Source of the DNA: Octopus bimaculoides | Lineage: Eukaryota | NCBI RefSeq assembly: GCF_001194135.2 | Contig: NC_068981.1 | Location: 98,306,291 to 98,364,394 of the forward strand | Direction of reading: 5' to 3' | DNA length: 58,104 bases | Part shown: in pieces, positions 36,464 through 49,935 of the stretch | Layout of the letters: each line of letters opens with the position of its first letter | How positions within the stretch are numbered: position 1 is the first letter of the stretch | The notes under the pieces: generated by a model | Database searches by the model: none | Seen by the model: the letters and a program-made list of their open reading frames with translations, nothing else | Told to the model about the DNA's origin: nothing | Made by a program: the position numbers and the translations under genes

Positions 36464-39026
36464 GTGAGTCAACAAGAAGACAATGCGGGAAACTTTATCT
36501 AGTCATTTGATTTCCTAGAAATAGTAGCCAGATTTCTCTCAAATCTTGATGTCTTAAGAACACAGTGGATAATGTAGTCTAGCAAAAAATAAGAAAGAAA
36601 AAGGAAAAGATGAAATAAAAGCACAGTTGCAAAGCAGACATTTTCAGGACCCTATTTGTTGACACAACAAAGCCAAAATTCCTTACCTTTGTCCCCAATT
36701 GTTCTAACTGTTCATTTACTTGTTACATACATTTCCATAAGGACAGGGGAGGTGTAGTCCTTTTTTTAGATTTTTTCTCCAATAAACAATGTAATTGAAT
36801 AAGGTTAATATAGTTGAGAATGGTGGTGGTGGCCACGGTGGCAGTGAAGGTAGTAGTTAGCTCCCAAGTCAACCCTGAAGAAGCAGACACATTTCAGAAA
36901 TATTCCAGTAATGATCATCCAATCATTTTAGTAGGACCTAGATCTACATTATTGAATGTGATCCTTTGCTTATTTAAAATGGTAGAGTGTGAGTTGAGAG
37001 ACATCTGACTGCTATTTCTAGCATGCTGAGTAAACACATAGAGACTGCCTTGCTGGCTCATTAATTTGAAATGTTGATTTGTTTTCTGTTTTTTTTTTTA
37101 ATATCTAAGTCTGAAGAATAAGGATGTTACATGGATGGTTAAGTTGATTTGGAGAATTGAGGATGCTAAGAGGTCAACGATTCATATAATATCACTAATA
37201 CTGTGTTGCATTAATGGTCAAAACATTTAACTTACGATGGCTAAGTCCACCTAGATCTAAATAGGCACTATGCAATGGTATAATTCACCACTGTAAGCAG
37301 TGAAAATGCTACGGAATCAAAAGCAGCTTTTCATTTTTAATATGATATCCAACATTGTCCCTTCTAAGCTAAATGTGTGTGTGTTTGCGTGTGTGTATAT
37401 TATTATGCACATAAATATTTTGTAGCCAGCACACAGAATAAATTAATGTGTGCACAAAAGTTTGTTGCTTTTAAATAATACAGTAATTAATAATTATACT
37501 TATGCTTCATTATGATAGTAAGACCAACAAAATGCCTTTTGTTGGACTTGCTGTTTTCTTAAAACATGACTACATTCTGTAATAATACCCTGAATACTTT
37601 ATTCTAAGTAGCCTTATCATGTTGCTCTGAACAGGTAACCTCAGGATTGGTTTGTAATTATATTCATTATACATTCAGTGCATGAACACTTTTGTTACAG
37701 GTAACAATATTTGTACAATGTAAGATTTTATTTTATTTTAATTTCTTTATGGCTGTGTAGTTAAGAAGTTTGCTTCTTAATCACATGATTTGGGGTTCAG
37801 TGCCACTGTGTGGAACCTAGAGCAAGTGTCCTCTAATAAAGCTCTGTACTGACCAAGGAGATTTCTAACAGGGTTAGTGACTGCAAAGATACTTCTTTTA
37901 TTCTAGTGGTGAGATATGAGACATTGCTGAAGTATTGGAAGAAAGAAAACCAGGTGAGATGAGTAGGTTTAAAGTGACAGTGCTATACAATCAGCAGGTT
38001 AAGAGGAATCAAGATGCTATTAATAACACCTAGAAGGTCCTTCTTTTCCACTGACCAAAGTAAATGGAGCTTTGGCCAGGAGAAAATGATGTCATTAGAC
38101 AGTATCCTATGATCATCAGGTGTTTCAACCCTGAACAACCTTAACACCCTCCCGTTGGTGAGTCATCTCCTCCTGACTTCCATCTCAAATCTCTCCTGAT
38201 CCATAACCAGCAAGAAGCTCTTTCTGCTGCCTGTCTCTTCCTGCACACAGCCACCCTTCATTCTCTTCCTCCCATTCCAATGGTTGTAAGCTTCCTCCAT
38301 ACTGGGAAAAGCCATGACTGCCATTCCTTCTCCCTGTAATCCTGCAGAAGGCTCTCTCACTTGGCACACTTCAGTTCGTAGGCCTGATCACACCCCCTTG
38401 CCTTTTGAGACCACAGAGCTACAGAGTCTTTTCCCTAGGTCCACTTTCATATCCCATGATTGGGACCCATGTTGTAAGCTATTTATCCTTTTTTGCTGTC
38501 TTTCCTCTCATGAACTTGATTGCTGCTATTGTTTTCCCTGATGATGGTCTATGTCTTCTACAGACATAACATCCTCCAGAAGAACTAGTATCTATTTTCT
38601 CCACATCTAAGTCAGCTGAAATTAAATGGAAAAACCACTCTGGGCCAGGGAGATTTTTATGGAAATCCAATAAGACCAAAATATATCCAGAGTTATCTTC
38701 ACAGCAACCAAAGATCAGACTCAATCTCCCCACCCTTCTACACAACTGAATTTAATCTTGTTTTGGACAATTGAAATTTTCAAAGTTCTCTCATCCCTTG
38801 TGGGAAAGGATTTTCATTAACACAAATGAGTTTTGTTCTCATCAACTAATGTAATGAGTGGTATGTTTTTCATCTCTGTTTGTGTCACTGTTGTGGTACT
38901 TTCACTCTGTTTGAATTTTATTGAAATACTGACATAGTAATACTAACAGACCATACTAAGTATAAATGTTTATAGAGTTGACTGTCCATGTGTACATGTA
39001 TATATGTATGTATGTATGTATATATG

Positions 39027-39101
<75 letters not shown>

Positions 39102-39793
39102 CTGCATAGCACTGTCAACCAACTGGTGTTCAGAAATGAAAATGGATTGAATTACTATTTTCTTCTGAAGTTCTGGTGTTTCAATGTTGTTATGTAATCA
39201 TCTGCTTAATTACTGTGTAACATGTTAGTATTTGCTAAAGACTATATAACTTATGATGTTATATAATAAGAAAACTTAAATTATATTTTACTCTCGAGTG
39301 TGTGTGTATTTGTATATATATTTTATTTATTAAATGATAAAGAGGAACATGTATCTTATTCAGTTAATCCCTTTCAACACTTTGCCACAAGTAATTAATT
39401 ATAAAACTGAATCTTTATCACCCATGGATTTTCCACAGCTAGGTAATAGTTATAGTTATAACTTCAATTAATTACTCTTCAACTCAAACACATCAAGTAT
39501 GGTAGCAAGCACTTAACTAAATTTAAATGTTCTGCCTCTACAATGCAACAGGTAGGAAGTCACTAAATTTAGCTATTTAACCCCGATTGCCAGGTAATGC
39601 TCAAAAGAGTATAATCACGAATACAAGCAGCTGATATGGGGTTCCTCCAAATGATCTCTAGAGTAACAATACTCAACAGGGTGCATAGCTCAGAGGTCAA
39701 GGAGTCTCTCCAGGTCAAACCACTATTTCTCCACATTCTTTCCCAGGAATACCGAGCAGGGAAGATAAATGGACGGATAGCTATTTTGTAAAT

Positions 39794-39996
39794 AAGGGAG
39801 TGCTGAAAAGTTTCTGACTTTGCGTAAAAGAAAACACAGGAGGATCAGCTAATTATGATTTTATTCAACATATTCCCCTCTCAGATTCACACACTTATTG
39901 CAGTGGTGCTTCAGTTTTTCTAAGCCCTGTAAAAGAGCTTGGATAAAGCCCCCAACCAGGCCTTTTATGATACCTTAAAGTCAGGAACATTTCAGT
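39794..39996. mobile_element. Second copy of the mariner MITE, opposite orientation, right TIR decayed
   Basis: The body is the reverse complement of 3019-3235; left end AAGGGAGTGCTGAAAAGTTTCTGAC. Confidence 0.8.
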
Positions 39997-40042
39997 ATAT
40001 TGTTTTTTAATAAGACATTGTCATTTTGTCTCTCTTTCTCAG

Positions 40043-40236
40043 ATAAAACTCCTCTTGACAAGCATGTTGACACTCTCCTGGAATATGTTCATTCAGAATA
40101 TTCTCCATGGAATACTGACTGTAGCTGGAGTAATGAAGCCCTCAATTTGAGAGAAATTGCCATCACTAATCCACAATGGATCAATGATAAATTTGTTTTT
40201 AATTTCTTCAAAACACTTACTCTCAGGAATTCTTCA
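40043..40236 (+). CDS. LRRC43: LRRC43-like, coding exon 3 (D-KTPLDKHVDTLLEYVHSEYSPW...LREIAITNPQWINDKFVFNFFKTLTLRNSS)
   Basis: tctctttctcag acceptor, TCA|gtgagt donor. Matches the recalled LRRC43 segment SPW...LRELAIRNP..I.D.F....F.SL. Confidence 0.9.
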
Positions 40237-40799
40237 GTGAGTTTTATTTTTTCTGTAATTAATTATAATTTCTTGTTAATATTTAATCAACAGAAGGCAG
40301 CTAACTGGCAGAATCATTAGCATGCCAGGCAAAGAACTTAGTGGCATTTCATGTCTTTACATTCTGAGTTCAAATTCCACTGAGGTCGACTTTGCCTTTC
40401 ATGCTTTCAGGATCGATAAAATAAGTAACAGTCGAACCCTGGGATTAATGAATTGACTCCCCTGAAATAGTTGGCCTTGTGCCAAAATTTAAAATCAATA
40501 TTTTATCAACAAAATAGGTCACGCACGTGTGTGTGTGTGTGCATTTGTGTTTGTGTTTCCTTGTCTTGACCTCACATGATGGTTGTAAATGAGCATCACC
40601 ATATGCTTCCAATCTTCCATAAAGACTTATCTGGCTAAGGGTAAATATTGCCTTATTGTGGAACAGTTGAGTGTTGGCATCAGGAAAGACATCCAGTCGC
40701 AGAAAATCTTCTTTTTTCTGTTAAAGCTTGATACTTATTACATCAAAGTGATAAAACAGCGTAGAGATGGATTTGTGTGTCATGAATACAATGTTTTGA

Positions 40800-42510
40800 C
40801 TAAAAAATAAGTATAAAACAACATGGATGCACCCTGGTTCTAAGAAATGGCATCTTATAGATTACATCATCACCAGGAAACAAGATTCTAGGAACTTTGC
40901 TATTGTACAAGTGATGAGTGGTGCAGAGTGCTGGACTGATCATAGGCTTTTGTGTGCCAAGGTGAATTTTGTTGTCAAGTCTAAGTTTATGGCAAATAAT
41001 GACAAATTACCTAAATGGATTAATGTCAATAAACTTATATTCCATCAGTATACAGTGAGTTTGTGAGTGAGATAAATAATTTGTCCTGTGATGGAAGCTG
41101 GAAGTCATTCAGAGAAAGAGTATAAGAGATTTCTAGTAACATTCTTGGCTTTGTTGTAAAACATCACCAAGATTGGTTTCATGATAATGATGAAGGAGTT
41201 AATCTTATCTTAGAGGAGAAGCGAAAGGCATTTAACATGTTGCAAAATGTTGACATGTCAGCAAACAGGACAGTGGCTACATATTTCAAGGCAGTAAAAG
41301 CAACAATGCAGAGGAATATACAGATGATGCAGGAAATTTGGTGGAGTGGTAAATGCAAGGAAATCCAAAAAGCTTCAAATGCTAACAATTCCAAACTTTT
41401 TTACTATCTCTTGGAAAAAGTTTATGGACCAGTTTCATCAAAAGTTGTGTCACTTCGGAGCAAGGATGGTACAGAATTATAAACAAACCCTAAAGATATT
41501 GTTGGGAGATGGAAAGAACATTTTGATGGGTTGCTCAATAGACCCACTGAAGTTGATCTCTCTTTTCTTGATAACATACCCGAGAGACCAATAAACCATC
41601 TTATAGCAGAAATTCCAAACCTGGCTGAAATAAAAGCAGCAATCAGGAAATTGAACAATGGAAAGGCCCCTGGTATGGATGGACTAGGTGCAGAGATATA
41701 TAAATATGGTGGTGATTATCTTTGTGTAATGTTGATGGATGTGATTCAGAGGGTTTGGCAAAGTGAAGAGGTTCCTCCAGATTGGCGTGATGCAACTATG
41801 GAGATACTATATAAATCTAAAGGTGGAAAGAATGTCTGTGATAATTATCATGGCATCTGTCTGTTAGCTGTGGCTGGAAAGGTCCTCTGTAGGGTAATGC
41901 TGGATAGATTGCTTCTGCACATTGCTGATGAGGTTTAGGAATAGTAGGAGTACTATGGATATGATATTTTCAGCTAGACAGTTGCAAGAAAAGTGTATCG
42001 AACAGGATATGGACTTATACCAGGTTTTCATTGACCTAACAAAAGCATTTGATTCTATCAATAGAATTGCACTTTGGGAGATCCTAAAAAAGCTAGGATG
42101 CCCTGAAAAATTTGTGAGAATGCTTAGACAATTTCATGACAAGATGGAAGCGAGAGTTAATGTTGGAGGTACCTTATCAGATCCAATTTCTGTAGAAAAT
42201 GGTGTAAAGCAAGGTTATATTCCTGCTCCTACACTGTTGCTATATATTTTGCAATAGTCTTTCAAACAGCTTTTAAAGATTGCTCTGAAGGGATCTATAT
42301 AAGATATAGGACAACAGGAAAACTGTTCAATCTCAAAAGACTCTGTGCCAAAATGAAAGTTCTGCATTCTCACCTTGTTGAGTTTCTGTATGCAGATAAT
42401 TGTGACCTGTTGGCACATTCTCATAAAGATATGCAGCACATGGTGAATTCGATTTCTGCAGCATGTGCAGCATTGGGTCTAACAGTCAATCTAAAAAACT
42501 GTTATAATGT
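40800..42510 (+). mobile_element. RTE/BovB-like LINE fragment (APE endonuclease C-terminus and RT) in LRRC43 intron 3
   Basis: WMHPGSKKWHLIDYI, ECWTDHRL, GKAPGMDG, FIDLTKAFD, GVKQG, LYADN; decayed. Confidence 0.9.
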
Positions 42511-42666
42511 ACCAGCCCATACAGTGGGATTGAACCCAGAACTATCTGGTTGAAAAACCAACTTCTTACCTCACAACCACACCTGCACCTATATATATCT
42601 TCACTCGTTGGTTTTTACATTCGTTGGTTTTTACAATCAATATGTGTGTATATATTTAAATTTCAG

Positions 42667-42777
42667 ATTCAAGAAATTGATTCGGGTGTTTTGAAGTTCA
42701 GTAACCTAGAAGAATTCAATCTTAATGTGAACTATATTGCAAACATTCCACCAAAGAATTTGCCTCCATCATTGAAG
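42667..42777 (+). CDS. LRRC43: LRRC43-like, coding exon 4 (IQEIDSGVLKFSNLEEFNLNVNYIANIPPKNLPPSLK)
   Basis: tttcag acceptor, AAG|gtattt donor. 111 nt, phase 0-0. LRR matches recalled human [37 protein letters not shown] (also 37 aa). Confidence 0.92.
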
Positions 42778-42914
42778 GTATTTTTAAAATTCTCAATTTT
42801 TCAATTTGAATTTATCATTGTTGGTGTTTGTGGTGGAGTCTGAGAAATCAGTGAGCTCCAATGTGGTTGAGAAAAAGTGAAAATGAACAGAAAAAAGCAT
42901 CCAAATGTTTTTTG

Positions 42915-43330
42915 AAACGTTAATATTTAGATTATGCTAGTGAGACATGGGCTCTGAATGCAGAAGACATGCATAGACTGGAGAGAAATGGAGATAGTAT
43001 GCTCTGTTGGATGTGCAACATCAGTGCACATGTACGGCAAAGTGCAAATGTATTGAGAGAAAAGTAGGGCACAAGAGGAATCAAATGTAGCATGCAAGAG
43101 AGAAGACTATGTTGGTTTGGACGTGTGATTTGTATGAATGAGGACAGCTGCATAAAGAAGTGCTTATCACTGAAAGTGGATGGTACCCGCAGAAGAGGGA
43201 GAAGTGGGATGAAGTGGTAAGGACCAATCTCAGGATGTTGGGCTCACGGAAGAAATGACAATCGACCAAGATGTGTGGCAATATGAAGTTCTAGAGAAGA
43301 CCTGCCCACATCAGCAAAATTGAGTTCTAG
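42915..43330 (+). mobile_element. RTE-type LINE 3' fragment
   Basis: YASETWALNAEDMHRLERN; homologous to 16516-16941. Confidence 0.75.
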
Positions 43331-44351
43331 AAGTGCTGTGTGTCCCACCTACTCTTAACAAGAAAACTTCTCACATACTCTACCGCAACAAACCAAACTA
43401 CGTCTCTACATCTCTTCTCTTCCTTACATTTCCTCACATGCTTCATGCACTATGCTTACCTCCTTCTCCTCAATCCTGTCCCCTTGGCCCTGTGCCACTG
43501 TATCACTGCTCTCTTATTTCTTTATTGCCCACAAGGGGCTAAACACAGAGGGGACAAACAAGGACAGACAAAGGGATTAATTTGATTACATCGCCCTCAG
43601 TGTGTAACTGGTACTTTATTTATCGACCCCAAAAGGATGAAAGGCAAAGTTGACCTCGGCGGAATTTGAACTCAGAACGTAACGGCAGATGAAATACCGC
43701 TAAGCATTTTGCCCAGCGTGCTATCGTTTCTGCCAGCTCGCCGCCTTTCACTGTATCACTGCTCTCTGCTAGCCTCCAACCTATGTGATCCACCCACACG
43801 CCCTGTCTCACTGTATTATTGCTATCTGCTAGCCCCCAACCAATGTGTTCCACCTACACGTAACAAAAAAACTTTTCACTCACCTTACCCCAACAAACCA
43901 ATCTACATCTCCACATCTCTTCTTCACATTTCCTCCTTCATGCACTATGCCTAGCTTTCACTCCCCAATCCTGTCCTCACAGCCCTGTTCCTCTGTATCA
44001 TTGCTATTTCGTAGCCCCACTGAATCTATATATACCCAGGTTTTCCCCTCTCACCCCCTCTGCACTCTTTAATCACACTTCCTTTGCAATATCCTGCCAC
44101 TTATATTTTGGCGTTTGAACCTCAAGGGTATGCCCTGACACTTGCTGCCATCTATACCTCTCTCTTCCTTTACTCAACTATTCCATTTATATTCTGATTC
44201 CCGTCCCTTGTTAGTATGTCCAGCATTTTGCCACCATCTCTATCTTGTTGTCTCCCACTCTCTCTCTCTCCCCTTCTCCTGCATTTTCCTCAGGTTGAGT
44301 AACCATGTATTTCCGTTGCGGTAGCGCACCTGTTTCTGTCTTCATACCTCA

Positions 44352-44408
<57 letters not shown>

Positions 44409-46235
44409 NNNNNNNNNNNNNNNNNNNNNNNNNNNNNNNNNNNNNNNNNNNNNNNNNNNNNNNNNNNNNNNNNNNNNNNNNNNNNNNNNNNNNNNNNNNN
44501 NNNNNNNNNNNNNNNNNNNNNNNNNNNNNNNNNNNNNNNNNNNNNNNNNNNNNNNNNTACCACCACCACCACTGGCCAGGTAACCTTTACTTCCTTTACA
44601 GCAAGATACCTGTTTCTGTCTCTTTGTCTCACTATAACCTTTCATCATTCGACACAAGGTTGCCTCCTTCAATGCCCCCTCCCCACTTGAAAGTTATTTT
44701 GCTTTTTTTTTGTCTTGCAAATAGCTGGTGACCCTGTCAGTGCAGGTTCCACTTAAAAGCACCCAGTCCACACTGTATAGTAGATGGTGTTCAGAAGGGC
44801 ATCCAGCTGTAAAAACTTTGCCAAAACTTACCTCACCTGTGCTTGTGCCACGTAAAAAGCACTAAGTCCACTCTGCTGAGTGGTTGGTCCTAGGAAGGGC
44901 ATCCAGCTGTAAAAATCCTGCCGACTCTTGTGAAACCATCCCACCCATTCTAGCATGGAAGGCGGATGTTAAACGATGGTGGTGGTGGTTGTGGTGGTGG
45001 CGGTGGTGATGATAGGGTGGCAAGCTGGCAGAAGCATTAGCACATTGGGTGAAATGCTTAGTGGTATTTCATCTGTCTTTTTGTCCTGAGTTTAAATTCC
45101 ATCAGGGTTTGACTTTGCAAGTTGATAAAATAATTACCAGTTAAACACTAGGGTTGATTTAATCAACTTAACTCCTGCCACGAAATTGCTGGCCTTGTGC
45201 CAAAATTTGAAACCAATATTTAGATTATGCTGGCATTTTTAGTTCTTGTTGTTTCTGGGAAGTGGTATTATGAAAGAAGTGCCAAAATAATTCCATGTTA
45301 CAGAAAATATAATCAATTGCTACTAAACTTCCTTAGGTGAGTGTCATATCATCATCACCATCATCATTTAACATCCGTCTTCCATGCAGGGATGGGTTGG
45401 ACGGTTTGACTAGAGCCAGCCAGGTAGAAGACTACTCCAGGCTACTGTGTCTGTTTTGGCAGGGTTTTTACGGCTGGATGCCTGTCCCAACACCTACCAC
45501 TTTGCAAAACGGACTGACTGCTTTTTACATGGCACCAACATAGGTGAGGTCATACTGGATGTAAACTTTTAGCTGGAGTTTGTAGCATGGATTTCCACAA
45601 CAGTTTGCTCCTATTAGAGTATGTGTATGTGTGTATATGTGCTTTGCAGCTTGGGCTAGTGTTATTCACAATAACACCAGGTTGACCCAAACCTTGTAAA
45701 TGAAATTGGAGATACAGAAGCCCATTAGCTGGATTTTACCATGTTTGTGGAATACTCAGCCACTTACCCCTTAATTCAATAACCAGGTAGTTCAATTAAT
45801 TAAACAACTAGTGGTCTATTTATTCTTTTATGCATATATGTGTGTGATTATAAAAGCCTTTATGTAGAAGGCTACATGTAACAGGTGGGGCTCTGTGGTA
45901 AGAATTTTGCTTCCCTACCTTCTGTAGCAGTTTCTTGACTTCCCTACCTTCTGTAGCAGTCTCTTGACTAGGAATAACAATCTCCCAGTTCCTGCACAAC
46001 AATCTCTTATTGTTGTATATGACATGTCAACCAAAAAGTGTTATCAACAAATGAAGAACCAGTGCCAACACTAAACCCAGTACTTCATCCACAGAAATCT
46101 TTATTATGTATTGGGTGGAACATGAACTATGTTCTCTGTTATAAGGTACTGAAATAATGAAGAACCATTACTATAGACATTTATTGACAACTATTTAATT
46201 GTGTAAATGAAATTTTACACAATAAATGACCAGCT

Positions 46236-46540
46236 TTGTTAAATAGGAAAGGTATTTTTCCCAAACAAGACAACCCAAGGGCTCATTCTGCAAAACAAAC
46301 TCAGAAAAAGATAGTTAAGCTGGAGAGTTCTTTCACATTTATTGTATTTACTTACCGTATTCAAACCTACACAGTATCACTTGTTTCAATGACTACAGCA
46401 TTTCATAAATGGCAAAAACATCCAGGTATGAAGAAGTCATCGAAAATGATATGGCAAAATTTTGTAAATGTGAAAGCAAAAATTTTCGTTTCTATTGGGC
46501 TGCAGTAATTGATAATGATGGTAATTACATTATTGATAAA
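46236..46540 (+). mobile_element. Mariner transposase C-terminal remnant
   Basis: RKGIFPKQDNPRAH (HDNARPH-like) and terminal VIDNDGNYIID. Confidence 0.65.
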
Positions 46541-46859
46541 TGGTATTTAATTAAACTTCACCAGCGTTTGTTTTTCTCTTCCTGTTTGAAAACATGTAAT
46601 TACTTTCTGAATATCTCAAGCTGTGTGTGTGTTTGTTAGCAATAGAATGACAAAGAAGGTAGCAATTAAATTTATCTCAAGAGCAATGAGAAATAGGAAG
46701 AGAAATAGACAAAAATATTCCAGTGCCTGACAAGAACAAGCTTTATGAACACAGTCAACAATCAGTGAAGCTTAGAAATTTCAAAGTCAAACAAAGAATG
46801 GAAAATGAAAGCTTTAATGTCATCTGCTAACATTCTGTGAATCATTGATACACACTTAA

Positions 46860-47720
46860 AATAAATCATAAATTGTAATAGACCTTTTGGTGGTAAAATA
46901 CTTCTATCATGAGAAAGTTTTCACCAAACTGTTTTGGTAATTCCAAGAAGTTTTAACACCACTATTATTGTAAATTGTTTAAAATTATTTAAATCATCTC
47001 AGCTTTGGCCTTATGTAAAATTTTTAAGGTTCTTAAAAAATATGAGGATCACAAAGAAAGAAGAAATTAATAGAGGACTACTTGATATTGGAAGCAGTGC
47101 TCTGATAAATGAATGTGGATGCAAGATCAAATAGAAATACCACCTGAACTTAATAATATCAGGTCAAGGGGTATTAGTAGAGATATATTTGGAGATTCAA
47201 TTGTCATTTCAAATGAAGAATCTGTTGAAAGTTTATCACCAAAGATAAATTTTTAACTCTTAGAAACGTAGATACTTTGAAACTAAATAACAATATTCTT
47301 GCATTGCTGCCTGGAAATATCACAGCATACAAAAAGGTTTGTAGCTTTGGTGACATAGATGAAGAAATATTTATTAATTTTATAGTTTAGTTTCTAAAGA
47401 AATTGATTTTCCATTGAGATTACTGCCACCTGCCTTGAAACTAAAATTTGATATGACTATTGTGCCATTTTGGAACAAGATGAGGACTGCTTCATAAGAA
47501 CATCAGTTTTGATAAGATCCCTTCATGATCTTTATCACCATGGACAAATACTGAGTAATCATAAGATAATGAAGGGAGGCATTTGTCCCAAGGTTAAATT
47601 TGACACCTAGTAATATGAATCTTCCCTTTACTTTAAACAGACATCAATTTCCTGTTATTTTAGCATATGCAATGCTCATTAACACATTGCAAGGTCAGTT
47701 GTTCACTCATATTGAAGTAT
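46860..47720 (+). mobile_element. Helitron RepHel (PIF1-like helicase) remnant
   Basis: In order: RPFGGK, VIPR...CL..SSQLW...NMR, LLDIG, LPPALKLK, PFTLNRHQFPVILAYAMLIN..QGQ. Confidence 0.8.
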
Positions 47721-49066
47721 ACTTGCTGTCTCCTGTCTTTTCCCCACAGACAAATTTACATTGCCATTAGTGTCATTACTGTCGTCGTCGTCGTCATCAT
47801 CATCATCATCATTTTCTTCTTCTTCTTCTTATTCTTCTTCTTCTTCTTCTTCTTCATTTAACATCCATTTTTCCATGCTGACAAGGGTTAGAAAATAAGT
47901 ACACCCAAAGGTATTTTTTTGCACACAAAATTTAATTAAAAACAGAAATGAAAGAATTATCAAATTAAATAGAATGTACAAATCCTCTAACCGCTTGATA
48001 TTGTTGCGTGATGATTTCTGAAAAGTTGGTTAAAATTTCAATTTGTTGTACTATTAACTCTTTAACTGTGAAATTAAATTTCATGGTTATCCCAATAATT
48101 GTGTTAAACATGTATCAAAAGCAGAATTGGTTATTTTCTGCAAGTCTAATTACCTCAATAAACTTGACATATCACAACAGAAAATAATTTCAAACATGGC
48201 ATTCTACAACAAGAGATAGCTTGGTAAATAAAACTGCTTTCCACAGCAAAAGATTAATCAAATAAATTATTTTCCAAGATTATTCAATGCAAAGTCTATT
48301 ACAACATGTAGATATTTGTATTTAAAAATAAACATAGTTTTCTTATATTTTAAATTTTATTTTATTATCATTCTCAATACATGTAAGTAAATAAACATAT
48401 TTGCCTCCAATGTGACTATCACTTTTGAAGATGACAGTATCTAATTTGATGTAGATATGGCTGTTATTTTTAGCTAGTTGAACAACCTTGCAAATTCTTT
48501 CTCTTGTCAATCAGGGGAGGGTAGATGCATTGCAACTAGTCTGTTTAGGGATTGACTGTTTTGACACTATGTACCATATAGCTATTGGCTAACTAGAAGG
48601 TTAACTAGATCAGAAATAAAAACAAAAGATATGCTGATATACCATAAGAGACTGATACTTTAAGGTATAGAAAACATAACAGAAAAGAGTCTTTCTACAA
48701 GTGTCTTGAGTCTGGGCATGTTAGAGAAGAGTAGTTCATTTTTTTCAGTTGTAACTAAAGTAGTGTTTCTCATCTTTTTCCCTGTTTTAGCCCATATTTA
48801 AAGCCAACATGAAATTGTACATTATACAAAGAAGTAATTTACTATGTTAATAAAATTTATTGCTTACTGTACAATGCTGTGATAGATTTGGTTAAGTGGA
48901 TAAAGTTGCTTTTCCAAATTTTAATTTTAGATGTGTGGTTTCGTCTTTGACAGAGACCACTTCATGTCTGAACTTGGAATATGCTGGTTTTTAGTCTTTG
49001 ACTTAATATAGTACATTATCAAGAACCCATGACCATACATATTGCTCAGGAGAAATGGAAGAAGTA

Positions 49067-49935
49067 CAAGGTGTATTCCAGTGGTTTGAGACTTTTTCAG
49101 AAGAGACTTTTATTTATTTCAAAGGTGTACAAAACCCTACTCTCTTTCAAAGTAGGATCCTCTGACTTCAGTGCACTTGTAGTGCTTGAACCATTTTGTG
49201 AAAGTCTCTCAAGTGAAGATTTCCAGGATCCGTGTCACAGCCTCCTTCATCTTCTCTATCTGCTTGAGGAGCAACCAAAAGTCTCAGGGAACAAGGTCTG
49301 GATTGCAGGGAAGGTGAGGGACAGCTTTGATGCCCATCTCTGTCAAGTAGTTGGTTACCAGGATGGAATTGTGGATTGGTGCGGGTGCTCTGGCCTTTTG
49401 CGATGAAATGTCTTCCTGAATTTCTTGTAAACCTCCCCAAGATACTCTTTGTTGGCCATCTGGCCAGGTGGAACCCAGTAAATATAAGTGGTATCCTTGT
49501 TGTTGAAAAGGAAGATCAGCTTGTGCATCCTAGTGGACTTGCTTTGCCTAGCCTCTTGCACCAGTTAAAAGCAGATATTCAGCTCATACTAAGTAATCTA
49601 TAAGTGGTCTGGAGTATTTCATAAGCTTCTTTTGCATTTTCAACCAGTTTAACACAAAGCTTTATTACATAGCAAGCTTCTAAGTTATCTTCACATCCCA
49701 ACTGCATTCTGCAAAGTAGTCGGCTGTGACAAGCAGTGTTCAGTATGGCATGTTCAAAGTACAGTGTTTAATATGGCATGTTCAAAGTACTGAAGTCTCC
49801 TTCAATCTGGAATAACAAAAGTTGCAAGATTATCATATTAGATGTATAGTAATGATATACTAAAATTACAGTAATCTAGGACAGTTATGACTGTCTTTCT
49901 TGAAAACAGTCTCAAAACTTTTGGAATGCACCTCA
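49067..49935 (-). mobile_element. Internally deleted mariner element
   Basis: TA|CAAGGTGTATTCCA ... TGGAATGCACCTCA|TA; minus-strand transposase remnants (WVPPGQMANKEY, FRKTFHRKRPE). Confidence 0.85.

Noticed and set aside
37609-37719. Two CAG|GTAAC donor-like sites and 19-26 nt micro-exon candidates
   Set aside because: Not needed once exon 2 is placed, acceptors are weak, and inclusion would shift the frame.
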